Below are positions 7,353-17,215 of a stretch of DNA of 47,037 nucleotides, piece by piece. How positions within the stretch are numbered: position 1 is the first letter of the stretch; the number at the start of each line of letters is the position of its first letter. A model generated the notes under the pieces. The model was given only the letters and a program-made list of their open reading frames with translations, was not told where the DNA came from and did no database searches. Made by a program: the position numbers and the translations under genes. This stretch comes from Alphaproteobacteria bacterium (GTDB taxonomy: Bacteria > Pseudomonadota > Alphaproteobacteria > JAGOMX01): assembly GCA_049608925.1 (NCBI GenBank), contig JBMYXZ010000001.1, forward strand, positions 1-47,037, in the 5' to 3' direction.

Positions 7353-8489
7353 GTGAGATATATCTGTTTTATCTTGGCTGGACTGTTATTCCATATTCCT
7401 AGTGGATACAGCAGCTTACCTGATATTTACAAGGACGAACCGCTCGCCATCACATCACCCAACACAGATTCACTCGAAGTTTGGGGAAAGATTAATACCT
7501 TTGCAACTTTCTATACTCAAATTGAGCAGGACCACACCGCTTTGGTGGCTCATGTTCAGCACACCATCTCAACAAGACCCATTGCGATTGTTCGTTATTT
7601 GACACGCACATCAAAGAGACTGCGCAATATCCTGGCTTATATCAAAAAGTATGAAAAAATAATCAGCCTTCAACTCATCAGCGCCCATGACTCTGACAAA
7701 CTTAAAGGTATAGAGAGTACTATTAGTGGCTATAATCTTTCCTGTATAACGATAGTCGATCCAACATTGTTAGGCTTATGGCTGGTTGTGCAGCCTGAAA
7801 AATCGAAGACGTCTATATGCTATAAAAAGCCTGACACACCAAAAAGAAATTTCAGAGTTGTGCATATCAATAAGGACCAGTTTGGCAGAGAGCAATGCTT
7901 GGCACACGACCCTGATCTTATTGAACACTGTGCCCAAAGGCTTCAGAAGGTATTATCCGCTAAACAACTTAATTTGCACTATATCGCATGCCTAACCAAC
8001 CCGACTCTGTCTCTACCAACCCACACGTATTTTGTGGAAAATATATTCGCTCTGCGTGGAAATTCGCCATATGCTCTCTACACTAATGGAGTTGCAGAAT
8101 GTGTCGTGATATCCATCTGGAACAAATTGAATAACAATCGCATTATGATACACCTTACACCCAACCTAGTGCGCCATGGGTTACTCTGGCTTCAAAGATT
8201 TTTCCAAGACAATCGCGCCAAGAACTGTGTTGCCAACCTTGCCTCGGGTTATATTTCTGAGCGATTAATACTGTTTTCTAAAGTCTTGAAAACCGTACAC
8301 GGGTGCCCTATCGGGAAATGCACCACCTATAAAGCGTATTGCATAGCCACGGATAAATGGCCCTCTTATGACCACATGTATATAGTACGAGACTATCGAT
8401 ATGGAGGACCTGGTTCAGACCACTTGCTTCAGGTATACCTGGGACCAGACGGTCAGTATTACACCAGCTTCGATAGAAAATTCGCTTAA
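7353..8489 (+). CDS. Secreted hypothetical protein; C-terminal ~150 aa resemble a CheD-type Cys-His-Thr deamidase domain
   Basis: GTG start preceded by GGTGGAG. Signal-like N-terminus MRYICFILAGLLFHIPSGYSS. The motif 'YTNGVAECVVISIWNKLNNNRIMIHLTP' (T244, C250, H267) and 'DYRYGGPGS...' match CheD by eye. The family call is motif-level only. Confidence 0.7.
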   Translation: MRYICFILAGLLFHIPSGYSSLPDIYKDEPLAITSPNTDSLEVWGKINTFATFYTQIEQDHTALVAHVQHTISTRPIAIVRYLTRTSKRLRNILAYIKKYEKIISLQLISAHDSDKLKGIESTISGYNLSCITIVDPTLLGLWLVVQPEKSKTSICYKKPDTPKRNFRVVHINKDQFGREQCLAHDPDLIEHCAQRLQKVLSAKQLNLHYIACLTNPTLSLPTHTYFVENIFALRGNSPYALYTNGVAECVVISIWNKLNNNRIMIHLTPNLVRHGLLWLQRFFQDNRAKNCVANLASGYISERLILFSKVLKTVHGCPIGKCTTYKAYCIATDKWPSYDHMYIVRDYRYGGPGSDHLLQVYLGPDGQYYTSFDRKFA

Positions 8490-8573
8490 ATTCCGCATGC
8501 ACGTTTTGCTTGCAATAAAGATTCAATTGGTATAGCCTCCGCACTAGGTAAATTTAATTTGAGTATATGAAAA

Positions 8574-8747
8574 ATGGCTGTACCAAAGAGGAAGACATCA
8601 AAATCTAAGCGCAATATGCGTCGCTCACATGACGGTTTGAAGCCTGTTGGCTTGGTTGAGTGCTCATCTTGTGGTGATTTTAAGCGTGCACATCACGTGT
8701 GCCCTCATTGTGGTCACTATAAAGACCGCCAGACTATCAAAGTCTGA
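8574..8747 (+). CDS. rpmF: 50S ribosomal protein L32
   Basis: Hand-translated: [57 protein letters not shown]. Below the track's length cutoff. Sits in the classical position upstream of plsX. Confidence 0.93.
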   Translation: MAVPKRKTSKSKRNMRRSHDGLKPVGLVECSSCGDFKRAHHVCPHCGHYKDRQTIKV

Positions 8748-8764
8748 TTTATCCACTGGCATAA

Positions 8765-9871
8765 ATGAAAGATAACCCAAGGGAGTCTCAGCGATTGAAA
8801 ATTACTCTTGCGGTTGATGCGATGGGAGGGGATAACGCTCCCAAAGCTGTCATTGAAGGCGTTAGCCTGGCGCTGAAGCGCTATCCCAAAGCACATTTTA
8901 TATTGTTCGGAGACGAACAGCAGATACAAGATTGTATTAAAGCTGTTCGCCTGGACGTGTCTCGCATAGAAATCCGCCATTCTGATGAAATCATCACCCC
9001 TGATATGAAGCCAAGTGCTGCCCTACGGCGTGCGAAAGGCTCTAGCATGCGAATGGCGATTGAAGCTGTTAAGAATGGTGATGCGGATGCGGTTGTCTCT
9101 GCAGGAAACACTGGGGCATATATGGCCCTGTCAAAAATCATCCTAAGGACCCTGCGTGGCATTGATCGCCCTGCGATTACGGCACCACTGCCAACAGCAA
9201 CTGGTAGCGCTGTCATGCTGGATTTGGGCGCTAACGTTGACTGCGACACCAATAATATTGTGCAGTTTGCTATTATGGGCGAAATTTATTCTAAAGCAAT
9301 TCATGGAATAAGCTCGCCTTCTGTTGGGCTTTTGAATGTTGGGGAAGAAGACACAAAAGGCAATTCTACCGTCCAGGAAGCGGCTCAAATTATCCGCGAA
9401 CATGGACACATCAAGAACTTCAGCGGCTTTATTGAAGGCAACGATATCTTCCTCGGCAATATAGATGTAATCGTCACCGACGGGTTCAGCGGCAATATCT
9501 CGCTGAAGACCGCCGAAGGCGCCAGCAAAATGTTCAGTAACTTTTTCAAGAACCAAGTACAAGGATCATTCTGGAATAAAATCAGGTACTTTGCCGCTCG
9601 CAAGCTATTTAAGGACTTCAAAGCAAAATTTGACCCCAGAATATACAATGGGGCACCCTTTCTGGGTCTGAACGGCATTGCCGTTAAAAGCCATGGCGGA
9701 TGCGACGGCTTTGCATTTTCTTATGCTGTTGGCGTTGCCTATAACTTGGTTGACCAGAAAGTGATCGAGCAAATCGCCCATGAAGTTGAGGCTTGCTCTC
9801 CTGATGCTGAAGGAAGTAATGTAATCCCCATAAGCGCAGGCATTGGTAAAGAAGAAAGTAAGGTTAGCTGA
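8765..9871 (+). CDS. plsX: Phosphate acyltransferase PlsX
   Basis: Contains 'LAVDAMGGDNAP', 'VSAGNTGA' and 'GLNGIAVKSHG'. Confidence 0.95.
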   Translation: MKDNPRESQRLKITLAVDAMGGDNAPKAVIEGVSLALKRYPKAHFILFGDEQQIQDCIKAVRLDVSRIEIRHSDEIITPDMKPSAALRRAKGSSMRMAIEAVKNGDADAVVSAGNTGAYMALSKIILRTLRGIDRPAITAPLPTATGSAVMLDLGANVDCDTNNIVQFAIMGEIYSKAIHGISSPSVGLLNVGEEDTKGNSTVQEAAQIIREHGHIKNFSGFIEGNDIFLGNIDVIVTDGFSGNISLKTAEGASKMFSNFFKNQVQGSFWNKIRYFAARKLFKDFKAKFDPRIYNGAPFLGLNGIAVKSHGGCDGFAFSYAVGVAYNLVDQKVIEQIAHEVEACSPDAEGSNVIPISAGIGKEESKVS

Positions 9872-10836
9872 TGGCATTACAATCACGTTTTTTGGGCTGT
9901 GGGCATTATCTGCCCGAGCGTATTGTTACAAATGATGACTTGGCCAAAACTGTCGATACATCCCACGATTGGATTGTCGAGCGCACGGGTATTCAATCTC
10001 GTCACTTTGCAGAAGATGGCGTGCTGACATCGGATCTTGCCACGAAAGCTGCGGAAAATGCTTTGAAGAATGCCGGCCTTAAAGCTGATGACATTGACTT
10101 GGTAATTGTCGCGACTGTTACACCTGACAGAACATTCCCATCAACAGCCACACTGGTTCAAAAGAACTTGGACATGAATCATGGCGTTGCCTTTGATGTC
10201 AGCGCTGCTTGCAGCGGATATTTGGTTGCCTTGTCAACAGCGCATCAATACTTGAAAAGCGGCCATTGTAAAAAGGCATTGGTTATTGGCGCAGAGACAT
10301 TCTCGCGCATTATTGACATGAATGATCGCACCACCTGTGTGTTGTTTGGCGACGGCGCTGGTGCAGTGGTGTTGTCGGCTGAAAACAGCAATCAAGATCG
10401 CGGGATTATTGGCTTGGAAATGCACTCAGATGGGCGCTGTGAAGGCATCTTAAAGACAAGTGGTGGAACATCTTTAACCAAGACAGCGGGCTTTATCCAG
10501 ATGCAGGGCCGCGAAGTATACCGCCATGCGGTTAATAAGCTGACGGAATCGGCCATCAGTATTATGCAATCTTATGACGTGTCTAACCAGGATATCGACT
10601 GGATGATTCCGCATCAAGCGAACTTGCGAATCATCGAAGCCGTTGCAAAAAGGTTAGAGGTCGCTGACGAGAAAATCATAACGACCGTCGACCATCATGC
10701 TAATACTTCTGCTGCTTCAATTCCGCTGGCCCTAAGCGAAGCATGGCAAGACGGAAAAATTAAAGATGGTGACTTGATTATTCATGAAGCCCTGGGTGCT
10801 GGCCTGATTTGGGGCTCGGCATTATTACGGTGGTAA
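9871..10836 (+). CDS. fabH: Beta-ketoacyl-ACP synthase III
   Basis: Contains 'AFDVSAACSGYLVAL', 'PHQANLRII' and 'GAGLIWGSALLRW'. The ATG overlaps the plsX stop (TGATG). Confidence 0.95.
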   Translation: MALQSRFLGCGHYLPERIVTNDDLAKTVDTSHDWIVERTGIQSRHFAEDGVLTSDLATKAAENALKNAGLKADDIDLVIVATVTPDRTFPSTATLVQKNLDMNHGVAFDVSAACSGYLVALSTAHQYLKSGHCKKALVIGAETFSRIIDMNDRTTCVLFGDGAGAVVLSAENSNQDRGIIGLEMHSDGRCEGILKTSGGTSLTKTAGFIQMQGREVYRHAVNKLTESAISIMQSYDVSNQDIDWMIPHQANLRIIEAVAKRLEVADEKIITTVDHHANTSAASIPLALSEAWQDGKIKDGDLIIHEALGAGLIWGSALLRW

Positions 10837-10839
10837 TAC

Positions 10840-11172
10840 ATGACATACGTTGTAACGGAAAAGTGCATTAAGTGTAAGTATACTGACTGTGTAGAAGTTT
10901 GCCCTGTAGACTGTTTCTACGAGGGTGAAAACATGCTGGTGATTAATCCTGAAGAATGCATTGATTGCGGCGTGTGCGAGCCTGAATGTCCGATTGACGC
11001 GATTTCACCAGATACTATCCCGGACGCTGAAAAATGGGTGGAACATAATCAAGCGTTTTCAGAAAAGTGGCCTCGCATCACAGAACGCAAAGAACCCCTT
11101 GAAAATGCTGCAGAATATGAAGATGAAGGCGGAAAGATGGAAAAATATTTTTCAGAAAAGCCCGGCGCGTAA
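10840..11172 (+). CDS. fdxA: 7Fe ferredoxin (3Fe-4S plus 4Fe-4S)
   Basis: '[51 protein letters not shown]'. Confidence 0.93.
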   Translation: MTYVVTEKCIKCKYTDCVEVCPVDCFYEGENMLVINPEECIDCGVCEPECPIDAISPDTIPDAEKWVEHNQAFSEKWPRITERKEPLENAAEYEDEGGKMEKYFSEKPGA

Positions 11173-11325
11173 GCCTTATATTCCCTTAACTTCTGAAATT
11201 AACAGCTTGTAAACTAATAGTTAATTTTCACTTAATTAGTCCTGTAAAAATTCACAAAGTTGTGCTATAAAAGACACATAATGAGTTTCCAGCAAATACT
11301 TTGCTTATTTTACAGGAGGACTCCT

Positions 11326-11823
11326 ATGACTACAGACATGACTTTCGCTGAAGGCGATCACGTTGTATATCCAGCCCACGGTGTTGGATATATTGAGGGC
11401 ATTGAAACCCAAGAAGTTGCCGGCCATAAGCTGCAATTACTAGTTATCTCTTTTGAAGACGATCGAATGAAGCTCCGTCTTCCCGTTATGAAGGCAAAAA
11501 CGGCAGGGCTTCGCAAGCTTAGCACCGAAAATATGATGAAAAAGGCCCTGACAACTCTTGGCGGTAATGCAAAGATCAGTCGCGCCATGTGGAGCCGCCG
11601 TGCACAAGAGTACGAAGGTAAAATCAATTCTGGCAATCCTGTTTCTATTGCCGAGGTTATCCGCGATTTACATCGCACCGGTGACCAGCCAGAGCAATCC
11701 TACAGCGAACGTCAGCTTTATCAATCTGCTCTCGAACGCCTAAGCCGTGAACTTGCTGCGATTGAGCAAATTGATATGGACCAGGCACAGGGTAAGCTAA
11801 AAAGCGGATTACGCGCTGCCTAA
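11326..11823 (+). CDS. carD: CarD family transcriptional regulator
   Basis: Contains 'GDHVVYPAHGVGYIEGIE' and 'EVIRDLHR'. Start trimmed to the ATG at 11326, which lies behind AGGAGGA. The fdxA-carD adjacency is typical of alphaproteobacteria. Confidence 0.9.
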   Translation: MTTDMTFAEGDHVVYPAHGVGYIEGIETQEVAGHKLQLLVISFEDDRMKLRLPVMKAKTAGLRKLSTENMMKKALTTLGGNAKISRAMWSRRAQEYEGKINSGNPVSIAEVIRDLHRTGDQPEQSYSERQLYQSALERLSRELAAIEQIDMDQAQGKLKSGLRAA

Positions 11824-11832
11824 GGTTATCTT

Positions 11833-12369
11833 TCACTCAGGTGTGCTGGCAAGGTGTTCTAAACCACCCGTTACCGCCGGCACACTTGATCCAATCACTA
11901 TTTTACTTATGTTGAAATCTGCGCTTTCTAAATGCGCCATAAGGATGTTCAGCTTCTCTTCACTATTAAGGTTATAAACAACACCAGCAGCGAACCAAAA
12001 TTTTGGCTTTGTTTGAAATATAATACGCGCTTGTCGGTAGTGCACTTCCAAACTTAAGAGCTTTTTATTCACTTTCTTTGCAAAGCCTATACCCCGATCT
12101 ATACCCCGATCATCATTATACAATAAGTTAAATCTTAGCTGGATTAACTCCAGCAGTTTTCTCCTACTACTATCACTTTCAAATTTAACACTGGTGTTAT
12201 TTTTAAGCACTCCCTGCAGACCAATTACCACCAAGACATTTTGAGGCGCCACCCCTTGCTTGTGCAATTTCATGCATGTCTCATATATTTCAGGGATAGG
12301 ATCATCGTCTTCGCTGGCAATAGCCGGCGACAAGAAAAGTACTGAGATAAGCAACGCAAGAATCTTCAT
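11833..12369 (-). CDS. Secreted hypothetical protein
   Basis: 178 aa with a classical signal peptide, MKILALLISVLFLSPAIA|SEDDD. No family recognised. Confidence 0.65.
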   Translation of the reverse strand: MKILALLISVLFLSPAIASEDDDPIPEIYETCMKLHKQGVAPQNVLVVIGLQGVLKNNTSVKFESDSSRRKLLELIQLRFNLLYNDDRGIDRGIGFAKKVNKKLLSLEVHYRQARIIFQTKPKFWFAAGVVYNLNSEEKLNILMAHLESADFNISKIVIGSSVPAVTGGLEHLASTPE

Positions 12370-12507
12370 AAGTATATCCTAACCCGATGGAATATTCTTC
12401 ACAATCCCAACGGATAATACTTATAAAAACAAACACATATTGACGCGCCTTTTCGATTTAGCTAATCTTGTGCTACTTAAAAATACGAAGTTAAAGGTTA
12501 AATATAT

Positions 12508-12957
12508 ATGTCAGATTTTTATTCTGTCACACCCAGCGTTGAAGGGCGCATTATCGTCCAAAATGATCTGGCAATGTGCTTTCCTGCCTTGATGCCAGTT
12601 GTTCCGGGGCACCTTCTGATTGCACCAATAAGGCCAGTTTCTGCCTTTGAGGATATGACAGAGTCTGAAGTTCTGGCCGTTTTTTCATTAATGAAAAAAA
12701 TAAAGAAGGCGCTGGTTTCGGTCTTTAATGCAGACGGGTTCAATCATGCCTGGAACCAATCCAAAGTGGCTGGTCAATCTGTTAACCACTTTCACTTACA
12801 TGTATTACCCAGAAAAGCCGGCGACACTGGCATCACTAAGTACGAGCCTCGTGATTTTCTATACCGCAGCATGCCTGTTGAAGATAGACCACAATCTGCA
12901 AATGAAGAGCTAACAGAAATAACAAAGCTTGTTCAAGAAGCCTTGCGCGCCGTTTGA
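12508..12957 (+). CDS. HIT (histidine triad) family protein
   Basis: Has the 'SVNHFHLHVLPR' histidine triad motif. Confidence 0.88.
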   Translation: MSDFYSVTPSVEGRIIVQNDLAMCFPALMPVVPGHLLIAPIRPVSAFEDMTESEVLAVFSLMKKIKKALVSVFNADGFNHAWNQSKVAGQSVNHFHLHVLPRKAGDTGITKYEPRDFLYRSMPVEDRPQSANEELTEITKLVQEALRAV

Positions 12958-13664
12958 ATTCGAACTATTTCGCCGTTTCTGCTGCAATCATCGGCCGCTA
13001 GGTCAACAAAAACATCACTGATTTCTTCTGGCGTGGGCAGTGTCATGGGGTCTTCTCCCGGGGCTGCTGACGCGCGCATATCTGTTCTAACACAACCGGG
13101 ACTTACAAGGTTAACCTTCATGTTAGGATATGTGTTGGCAATTTCTGCGGCATAAATCTGAACCATAGTGTTCAACATGATTTTACTGCCCGAGTACGCC
13201 GACCAGTATGGGGCTATCATATCAGCGGCACCACTGGTAACAAAGATACCACGACCAGCTTCAGATTTGCGCAACATGGGATCAAAAGCACGGATTAAAC
13301 GCCAGTTAGCCGTTACATTGATGCGGACAGTCTCATCCCAAATATCAGGTTCGATATGCGGCACTGGCGCCAGCTGTCCCAGGACACCCGCATTGCCAAC
13401 TAAGATATCCAGCCCCTTAAAGCGATCTGCCACGTGCAACGCCATCTGATCAATCTTATCAAGTTCATTGAGGTTCAAAGGAACAAGTGTTGTCTCCACC
13501 CCATATTCCTGACACATATCATCAGTTTTCTCGAGACCTTCAACAGATGTGGCGGTTAATATTAGATTGCATCCTTCTTGGGCAAAGCGTTTTGCAATGC
13601 CAGCACCAATGCCTCTGGAAGCTCCTGTGATCAAAGCCCTGCGGCCAGCTAATCTACCAGACAT
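12933..13664 (-). CDS. SDR family oxidoreductase
   Basis: Has the 'ALITGASRGIGAGIAKRF' Rossmann motif and the 'YSGSK' catalytic Y-xxx-K. Confidence 0.88.
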   Translation of the reverse strand: MSGRLAGRRALITGASRGIGAGIAKRFAQEGCNLILTATSVEGLEKTDDMCQEYGVETTLVPLNLNELDKIDQMALHVADRFKGLDILVGNAGVLGQLAPVPHIEPDIWDETVRINVTANWRLIRAFDPMLRKSEAGRGIFVTSGAADMIAPYWSAYSGSKIMLNTMVQIYAAEIANTYPNMKVNLVSPGCVRTDMRASAAPGEDPMTLPTPEEISDVFVDLAADDCSRNGEIVRIQTARKAS

Positions 13665-13683
13665 ATTATACCCCTTCTTGTGT

Positions 13684-15078
13684 TTAGGCGCCTGGGGCTA
13701 GCATATCCTCTGGTTGAACCCAAGAGTCAAACTGCTCGTCAGTAAGCAGCCCTAAATCTTGCCCTGCTTGGCGCAGTGTCGTGCCATCGTTATAGGCCTT
13801 TTTAGCAATTTTTGCCGCATTATCATAGCCTATATGTGGATTTAATGCTGTTACCAGCATCAGTGACTCATTTACGTAACGGCGCAAGCGATCTGTATTA
13901 GCCTCGATTCCTGTGACACAGCGATCCGTAAAGCTGACCATTGCATCAGACAATAGCTCGATTGATTCCAATACATTACGGATAATCACAGGTTTGAAAA
14001 CATTCAGCTGCAAGTGACCATGAGATCCTGCAACTGTAACCGCTGTGTGATTGCCCATAACCTGGGCTGCTACCATCGTAATGGCTTCGCATTGTGTTGG
14101 ATTCACTTTGCCCGGCATTATTGAAGATCCTGGTTCATTAGCAGGTAAGACTAACTCTCCCAGACCGCAGCGAGGTCCACCGCCCAACAGGCGAATATCG
14201 TTAGCAATCTTCATGATCGATACGGCAATGGTATTCAAAACGCCGGAAAATTCTACCAAAGCATCATTTGATGCCAAAGCTTCAAACTTGTTTTCAGCAG
14301 TCGTAAAGGGTAAATCCGTAATTGCTGAGACTTCTGCTGCAAATTTGCGGGCAAAATCTGGATGCGAGTTAATACCCGTCCCCACGGCCGTTCCGCCTTG
14401 CGCCAACGCATATACTCGCGGCAACACAGCATTCACCCGTTCAATTCCATGAATCATCTGCATGGCAAAACCCGAGAACTCTTGCCCCAGCGTCATCGGT
14501 GTCGCATCTTGCAAGTGGGTACGGCCAACCTTAATAATATTATCGAAAGCACGCTTCTTAGCGTCTAATGCATTTAAAAGCTTCTGCATAGCAGGCAACA
14601 GGGACTGGTGTGTGCTGATTGCTGTTGCGATATGCATTACAGTTGGAAACGTGTCATTTGAGGACTGCCCCATATTCACATGATCATTAGGGTGGACAGG
14701 ATTTTTTGAGCCAATTGTGCCCCCCATAATCTCGATGGCACGGTTCGCAATAACTTCATTAGCATTCATATTAGACTGGGTACCAGAACCGGTCTGCCAG
14801 ACAACCAGTGGAAAATGATCATCGAGCTTGCCCTCATGGACTTCAGTAGCTGCGGCACAAACCGCATCACCAATGGTTTTGTCCAGATGCTTCAAGTTCA
14901 TATTAATACGCGCAGCAGCAAGCTTTTGGATACCAAAGCATCGCACTACTTCTGAAGGCATGACAGCCCTTCCAATAGGGAAGTTCTCGAGACTGCGTTG
15001 TGTCTGCGCCCCCCAATAGCGGTCGCTAGGGACTTCAATATTGCCAATAGAGTCTGATTCCGTGCGCATTTTTGTCAT
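13684..15078 (-). CDS. fumC: Class II fumarate hydratase
   Basis: Contains '[16 protein letters not shown]' (the GSSxMPxKxN signature), '[16 protein letters not shown]' and '[10 protein letters not shown]'. Confidence 0.96.
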   Translation of the reverse strand: MTKMRTESDSIGNIEVPSDRYWGAQTQRSLENFPIGRAVMPSEVVRCFGIQKLAAARINMNLKHLDKTIGDAVCAAATEVHEGKLDDHFPLVVWQTGSGTQSNMNANEVIANRAIEIMGGTIGSKNPVHPNDHVNMGQSSNDTFPTVMHIATAISTHQSLLPAMQKLLNALDAKKRAFDNIIKVGRTHLQDATPMTLGQEFSGFAMQMIHGIERVNAVLPRVYALAQGGTAVGTGINSHPDFARKFAAEVSAITDLPFTTAENKFEALASNDALVEFSGVLNTIAVSIMKIANDIRLLGGGPRCGLGELVLPANEPGSSIMPGKVNPTQCEAITMVAAQVMGNHTAVTVAGSHGHLQLNVFKPVIIRNVLESIELLSDAMVSFTDRCVTGIEANTDRLRRYVNESLMLVTALNPHIGYDNAAKIAKKAYNDGTTLRQAGQDLGLLTDEQFDSWVQPEDMLAPGA

Positions 15079-15295
15079 AATATTTCTGCCTGCTTCACAT
15101 TGTGTGAAAATTCTAACTAATACTTATTTACAAGGTGTTAATTCTACCGGTATAAGCATGGATTTTAATCTTTTTTAAGCCCAGATATTAGAATTTGGAA
15201 TAATTGTTATACGACAATATCTATTTTAATCATAGATAACAATGCCAATATCTACAGTGTTGATATTATTTTTATTGTTTTTTTAGGAGAGCTTC

Positions 15296-17146
15296 ATGTT
15301 TGGAAATTCAAGATTTGTTAAAGGGTTATTATTTGCATCGGCTTTGGTAAGTACGTGTAACACAGGATGTGCCAGCGATGCTATCGAGCAACAGCAAGTA
15401 ACTGTCAGCCCAAAGGTAACCGTCAATCGCCTGGACATGCTGCGGGAATTAAAAGAAAAGTTTGCAAAAGAAAATACCCGCCTCACTGGCAAAAAAATCA
15501 AGAGTTTGAATCAAATTGCTGAACAAGTATATAAGACGCCTACCGGTGCTTTTCTGAAATACGCTTTTGGTGGAAAGGATCTCGAGCAATCTCTGCACCA
15601 GGCCGTTAAAGTTATGCTAACCAAGATTTGGCGCAACCAATACAAAGGCAAGCGCCGCATTGTCAGTAAAGATATCATCCATGCCCTTCGGACAAACAGC
15701 GCGCAAATGCATAAAGAAGTATTTGGCCTGGCAAAACAGATTATCATCAGCTCGGTTGCACATCCTGACCACTATGTATTTTATCATGGTCACGGCAACA
15801 GCCTGCGTCTGTATATGGATATGATGCGCGAGATCTCTGCCTATGAAGAAATTAACAACTTGAAGGGTATGAATCCCTTGCGTGACAAGCAGTCAGATAA
15901 TGACGTGCGCACAGTAGACGATATTTTCAACCGTTGGGAAAAAGAAGCCCAAGCATACGCCAAAGAAAACAATAAAAAATTATATGATTCAAACCGTATG
16001 TTAGGAGTTGGATTTGCACCGGATTTAATCCCATTCATGCGTGACAACGCAATTTCAACAAACATAAACTTGTTTGGTAATATGGACTGTTTGGCGGAAT
16101 GCACACTATTTTACTTCTTAGATTCGTTCAACATTTCAGATCCGAATTCAGCGCTTATAGAGAAACTTGTCCGCCGAATGCTGCCAAGCAATGCAACCCA
16201 AGACTTAGTAGACAGCAAGGTACAAAAGTATGTCTCACTTTATAACGACACCATGAAAGAAACGGGCGGAAACTTGATGCAGATTTTTGTACACAAGTCC
16301 GTTGTAAATGACATCGGCTTTGCCTCGTGGATGAAAGGCATACCTGTGCTGTTGAACAAGGGGCATCTTGCCACCCGTGGGGGAAATAACCGACCAGTAG
16401 TGCGCTTGAAAAACAGCCGCAAATATAAGCGTCCGTCAATGAGATCCTATATTGATCAGTTCACGAATTATCCAAAAGGCTTTATAAGCAAATATTCCGA
16501 TTTCAGATACAAGCGAACAATCAAAGCATCGGATAGGCAAGGCGTATATGATCGCCCACAAGCTCGCCTGGTAATCCACCCCTCTGTCTTTATGGACCGT
16601 GACCTTGTAAAGGTGAAGCAATTTACCCGCTTTAAAGCTGATCATGCGAAAAAGCAGGGCTATATTGATGGTCTTAAAGCTCTCATTCGGGCTGACATGC
16701 AAGATTATATTAATTTGTTAGAAGCATCTGAGATCGAAGCTCCGAAGTCCTCTAAGCTGACACGCTTAATCCGTTATACAAAGGACGAAAACGCCTTCAT
16801 TCAAAAGTTAGAAGCAAACAGTGCTAAGGTTGAGAAGGCAAAGCAGATCACCCCAAAGGCTATAGTTAAGAGTGCTTCACATAATCAGATACACATGTTG
16901 GTTGCCAACATATTCAGAATGGCGAGAATTATACTATCCCCTGCAAATACCTTGACTACGGCCAATCAGAAAATAAAGATATTTAAGCCCGTTGCAATTG
17001 CTCCAGCAAAAATTAGCTATGCAGATATCCTGAAAAAACACAGCTTGTTTTTAGGAAAGGTCAAAGTCAATTTGCGCCTGAAGCAGGTATCAAAAAAGGC
17101 GAAACTTCCTGATTGGAAAAAATTGCAAACAGCAGCGGCTGCATAA
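15296..17146 (+). CDS. Large secreted hypothetical protein (616 aa)
   Basis: AGGAG sits 8 nt upstream. Signal-like N-terminus MFGNSRFVKGLLFASALVSTCNTGCA. Lys-rich C-terminal third. No family recognised. Confidence 0.75.
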   Translation: MFGNSRFVKGLLFASALVSTCNTGCASDAIEQQQVTVSPKVTVNRLDMLRELKEKFAKENTRLTGKKIKSLNQIAEQVYKTPTGAFLKYAFGGKDLEQSLHQAVKVMLTKIWRNQYKGKRRIVSKDIIHALRTNSAQMHKEVFGLAKQIIISSVAHPDHYVFYHGHGNSLRLYMDMMREISAYEEINNLKGMNPLRDKQSDNDVRTVDDIFNRWEKEAQAYAKENNKKLYDSNRMLGVGFAPDLIPFMRDNAISTNINLFGNMDCLAECTLFYFLDSFNISDPNSALIEKLVRRMLPSNATQDLVDSKVQKYVSLYNDTMKETGGNLMQIFVHKSVVNDIGFASWMKGIPVLLNKGHLATRGGNNRPVVRLKNSRKYKRPSMRSYIDQFTNYPKGFISKYSDFRYKRTIKASDRQGVYDRPQARLVIHPSVFMDRDLVKVKQFTRFKADHAKKQGYIDGLKALIRADMQDYINLLEASEIEAPKSSKLTRLIRYTKDENAFIQKLEANSAKVEKAKQITPKAIVKSASHNQIHMLVANIFRMARIILSPANTLTTANQKIKIFKPVAIAPAKISYADILKKHSLFLGKVKVNLRLKQVSKKAKLPDWKKLQTAAAA

Positions 17147-17164
17147 ATTCTATTCACCGGTGTA

Positions 17165-17208
17165 CTTCCTTATTTCCGTATGATAATTTGACTGCAGAAA
17201 TAAGGAGG
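17165..17208 (+). promoter_or_regulatory. Leader hairpin whose 3' arm contains the Shine-Dalgarno sequence of the antiporter gene
   Basis: 'cttccttatttc' (17165-17176) pairs with 'gaaataaggagg' (17197-17208): 12 bp including one G-U, with a 20-nt loop. The AAGGAGG SD lies inside the 3' arm, and the ATG is at 17216. Confidence 0.4.
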
Positions 17209-17215
17209 TCTCCCC

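Noticed and set aside
15094-15108. Palindrome TTCACA-N3-TGTGAA just upstream of the fumC start, and nearby short inverted repeats (15218-15238 tatctat/atagata), as possible operator sites.
   Set aside because: The arms are only 6-7 bp in an AT-rich 217-bp spacer, where such matches are expected by chance. The half-site order and spacing do not fit CRP, FNR or Fur consensus sites as I know them. Only comparative footprinting could rescue this.
15770-16130. 'VFYHGHGNS' and 'NLFGNMDCLAECTLFYF' in the 616-aa orphan, as a PARP-like H-Y-E ADP-ribosyltransferase signature.
   Set aside because: I could not find a convincing catalytic Glu motif or the GxGxYF-type second motif at appropriate spacing. 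The resemblance rests on 3-4 residues only.
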